A stretch of 25,615 nucleotides of DNA from a virus (taxonomy: Duplodnaviria; Caudoviricetes). The position numbers and the translations under genes were made by a program. The stretch covers positions 1 through 25,615 of IMG/VR virus record IMGVR_UViG_3300027708_000271, one strand, 5' to 3'. Positions within the stretch are counted from its first letter, which is position 1, and the number at the start of each line of letters is the position of its first letter. A model generated the notes under the pieces. That model saw only the letters and a list, made by a program, of their open reading frames with translations, had not been told where the DNA came from and made no database searches. Below, piece after piece: positions 23,106 through 25,615 of the stretch.

Positions 23106-25615
23106 ATGCCAGAACGTAAAGGAAATGAAGATGATGGTGAAGGAAAATCATCATCATTAGCCCCGTTATACTCAGCGGAAGAAGGGACAATTGATGTACC
23201 TAAACCCGCCAGCGTTCTTGCGCTTGAAGCAAGTCTTGGTAAAACATTAAATCCATATTATGCCCACCAAGCTACGCCTCATGAGGGACAAGGGTACGAT
23301 TACGGCCCCCCTATAGGCTACGCTTATGACAATGGGAAAAATCAAAATGTTTTGTTTGACACAAGTGGGAACTATCAAACAACGCAAAACCAACGTACCG
23401 TAGCTCAAGATTTAGTTCCTCTCATTTCTCTTTTTGCGATGCCTCTTATGCCAATGGCTGGGGCTTATATCGGCGAATCGCTGGTGAGTGCAGGCGTTTT
23501 AACGAGTGCCGCAGATGCTGCTTTTGCGGCTGCGGCAGTTGAAGGCGCAACTCAAGCATCTATTGCTGCCGCAGGTACTGCTGCCACAGCAACTGCCAAT
23601 ATTGTTGGTACTGCTATAGCAAATACCACTCTTCAAGTAGCTCTAGGCAAGCCCGTTGGTGAAGCCGTGCTTAGTGGCGTGGCCGGTGCAACAATAGGTA
23701 TATACAGCCCCGCCGCTACAAAAGCGTTGACAGAGGTTATGGGCCATCCAGAGATAGCGTCTGCAATTGTGAAGGCTGGAGGGTCGGCAGCGCAAACCAT
23801 TGTTGCCGGAGGAAATGCAGATGCAATTAAAAATGCATTTGTTGGTAGCCTTGTAAGTACCGCTACTACCAACTTGGTTACCAATGCTTTTAATACCGCG
23901 ATGCCTGACCTTAACCCAAGGACAGCCCAAGTTATTGGTGCAGCTACTAGCGGTGCTATAAATGATGGCCCTAAAGGCGCATTAACATCAGCGGTAACTA
24001 CGCTTGGCGAACAATTCATACAAGACGCTCAAAAAGCAGCAAAAACAAAAACAGGCGGTGGTGGTGACGTAGCTGCTGAAGACACTGGTGGGGGTGGGCT
24101 AGGCGGTGATGTAGCTGCGCTTGCCACTTCACAAATTAGCGCTTTGGATAGCGTAGGCGGTGGCCGAGGCAATATAAACCCGGCGACTAGGTACGTGCCT
24201 GTTCAAAACGTAGATGCAGATAACCCGCTTGCGATTACAGCATCTGACGCATTAAGCGCTGCAATAGGACGTGATGGCGTTCCTTCTGGGGCTGATATAA
24301 CCCCTGTGTACCTTGCTACTGAAAATGATCCAGAAGCACCGGGGGGTATTGCGTTTACTTGGTATACAGATGTTTCAATAACAAATGCGGATGGCACGAT
24401 AACTGGCTATCGTGTTAAATATGATCCTGTTACTGAAAAAACATTTTACGAAAGCCATTACACAGATAACGGTAATCCGGTCACTGTTGTTTCTCAAAAA
24501 CCGCCTACGTATGATGTTAATACCGGGTCTTTTACTGCCAAACCGGGCGATACCACTAGCGGGTTAGGAAGTGCGGGTACGCAAGACGTTGAGGCTATAA
24601 CAAGTAGCCCAATTGACGTATTGAATACGCAAGACGTTGAGGCTATAACAAGTAGCCCAATTGACGTATTAAATACGCAAGACGTTGAGGCTATAACAAG
24701 TAGCCCAATTGACGTATTGAATACGCAAGACGTTGAGGCTATAACAAGTAGCCCAATTGACGTATTGAATACGCAAGACGTTGAGGCTATAACAAGTAGC
24801 CCAATTGACGTGCTTACTACTCAAGACATAGCAGCTTTAACAAGCAGCCCAATTGATGTATTAAACACGCAAGCTGCTGAGGCTATAACAAGTAGCCCAA
24901 TTGACGTGCTTACTACTCAAGACATAGCAGCTTTAACAAGCAGCCCTATTGACGTATTAAACACGCAAGAGACTAAAGCTCTAGCAAGCAGCCCAATTGA
25001 TGTGCTGAACACGCAAGAGACTAAAGCTCTAGCAAGCAGCCCAATTGATGTGCTGAACACGCAAGAGACCAAGGCTTTAGCAAGCAGCCCGATTGGCGCG
25101 CTTACTACTCAAGACATAGCGGCTTTAACAAGCAGCCCGATTGATGCGCTGAACACCACGGGTTCTGCTTTGTCTAGCCAAATGATCGGCGCGCTTACTA
25201 CCCAAGATATAGCTGGGCTTAGCACTCAAAATCTATCTGGGCTTAGCACTCAAAATCTATCTGGGCTTAGCACTCAAAATCTATCTGGGCTTAGCACTCA
25301 AAATATAGTTGGGCTTGGTACTGAAAACTTATCGGGGCTTGGTACTCGTGGTGTATCCGGACTTGGTACTGAAGTTGTTTCTGGGCTTAGCACTCAAAAT
25401 ATAGTTGGGCTTGGTACTGAAAACTTATCGGGGCTTGGTACTGAAGTTGTTTCTGGGCTTAGCACCAAGGACATAAAAGCCTTAACTACGGAAGACCTTA
25501 CGAGGCTTAGCACCAAGGACATCACGGTCTTAACTACTAAAGCCCCCACGGTCTTAACTACTAAAGCCCCCACGGTCTTAACTACGGAAGACCTTACGGG
25601 GCTTAGCACCAAGGA
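23106..25615 (+). CDS. Large putative internal/ejection protein, truncated by window end (>836 aa; absent from ORF track)
   Basis: AGGAG RBS, ATG 23106; manual translation (MPERKGNEDDGEGKSSS...) shows no stop to the window end; long Ala/Gly hydrophobic region then tandem repeats; position after the nozzle is where podovirus ejection genes lie. Confidence 0.75.
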   Translation, partial: MPERKGNEDDGEGKSSSLAPLYSAEEGTIDVPKPASVLALEASLGKTLNPYYAHQATPHEGQGYDYGPPIGYAYDNGKNQNVLFDTSGNYQTTQNQRTVAQDLVPLISLFAMPLMPMAGAYIGESLVSAGVLTSAADAAFAAAAVEGATQASIAAAGTAATATANIVGTAIANTTLQVALGKPVGEAVLSGVAGATIGIYSPAATKALTEVMGHPEIASAIVKAGGSAAQTIVAGGNADAIKNAFVGSLVSTATTNLVTNAFNTAMPDLNPRTAQVIGAATSGAINDGPKGALTSAVTTLGEQFIQDAQKAAKTKTGGGGDVAAEDTGGGGLGGDVAALATSQISALDSVGGGRGNINPATRYVPVQNVDADNPLAITASDALSAAIGRDGVPSGADITPVYLATENDPEAPGGIAFTWYTDVSITNADGTITGYRVKYDPVTEKTFYESHYTDNGNPVTVVSQKPPTYDVNTGSFTAKPGDTTSGLGSAGTQDVEAITSSPIDVLNTQDVEAITSSPIDVLNTQDVEAITSSPIDVLNTQDVEAITSSPIDVLNTQDVEAITSSPIDVLTTQDIAALTSSPIDVLNTQAAEAITSSPIDVLTTQDIAALTSSPIDVLNTQETKALASSPIDVLNTQETKALASSPIDVLNTQETKALASSPIGALTTQDIAALTSSPIDALNTTGSALSSQMIGALTTQDIAGLSTQNLSGLSTQNLSGLSTQNLSGLSTQNIVGLGTENLSGLGTRGVSGLGTEVVSGLSTQNIVGLGTENLSGLGTEVVSGLSTKDIKALTTEDLTRLSTKDITVLTTKAPTVLTTKAPTVLTTEDLTGLSTK
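24579..25154 (+). repeat. Twelve tandem 48-nt coding repeats (TQDVEAITSSPIDVLN and variants)
   Basis: Unit ACGCAAGACGTTGAGGCTATAACAAGTAGCCCAATTGACGTATTGAAT; first copies near-identical, later ones diverged; no spacers. Confidence 0.95.
25200..25615 (+). repeat. At least 17 tandem 24-nt coding repeats (TQNLSGLS, TEVVSGLS, TKAPTVLT and variants)
   Basis: Unit such as ACTCAAAATCTATCTGGGCTTAGC, in frame with the 23106 ORF and continuing past the window end. Confidence 0.9.

Noticed and set aside
23106-24060. Tape-measure protein (long-tailed phage)
   Set aside because: No tail tube, sheath, baseplate or frameshifted tail-chaperone genes were recognised; the adaptor-nozzle order fits a short-tailed phage with ejection proteins.
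569-25612. Minus-strand ORFs in the track (e.g. 569-1066, 2084-2824, 6577-7515, 16995-17504)
   Set aside because: All are antisense shadows of well-supported + strand genes, with no recognisable motifs.
24579-25615. CRISPR-like array
   Set aside because: Repeats are head-to-tail with no unique spacers, have lengths divisible by three, stay in frame in a long ORF, and no cas genes are present.
1-25615. tRNA, rRNA, integrase, transposase or defence genes
   Set aside because: None recognised; intergenic gaps are too short (90 nt at most) and no such protein motifs were seen.

Overview
This window is the virion-morphogenesis (late) region of a tailed dsDNA bacteriophage, most likely podovirus-like and of the type common among uncultured aquatic phages. 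All credible genes are on the + strand and densely packed. In order: a putative capsid decoration protein, a Mu GpT-like major capsid protein, a cluster of basic low-complexity proteins carrying a repeated hydrophobic-K/A-x-GG motif, a head-tail adaptor-like protein with an inserted discoidin-like domain, and a CxxC protein. Next come a large fibre/adhesin block (GGTG-repeat fibre, tandem LamG protein, Mtd-N-like fibre, AT-rich beta-helix protein), a lysis cassette (holin plus GH24 endolysin), a second adaptor-like protein, a tail protein and a nozzle-like protein. A large putative internal/ejection protein missed by the ORF track runs off the window end in 48-nt and 24-nt tandem repeats. Two observations stand out. 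(1) The nozzle-like protein has a ~616-aa insert in which 7 N-half and 7 C-half repeats are ordered like balanced parentheses, implying one domain nested inside copies of itself six levels deep with a side branch. (2) The x-K-x-GG motif sits at apparent module boundaries in four small basic proteins, suggesting a di-glycine processing or sorting system for virion polyproteins. Family names come from motif recognition and synteny; no database searches were run.
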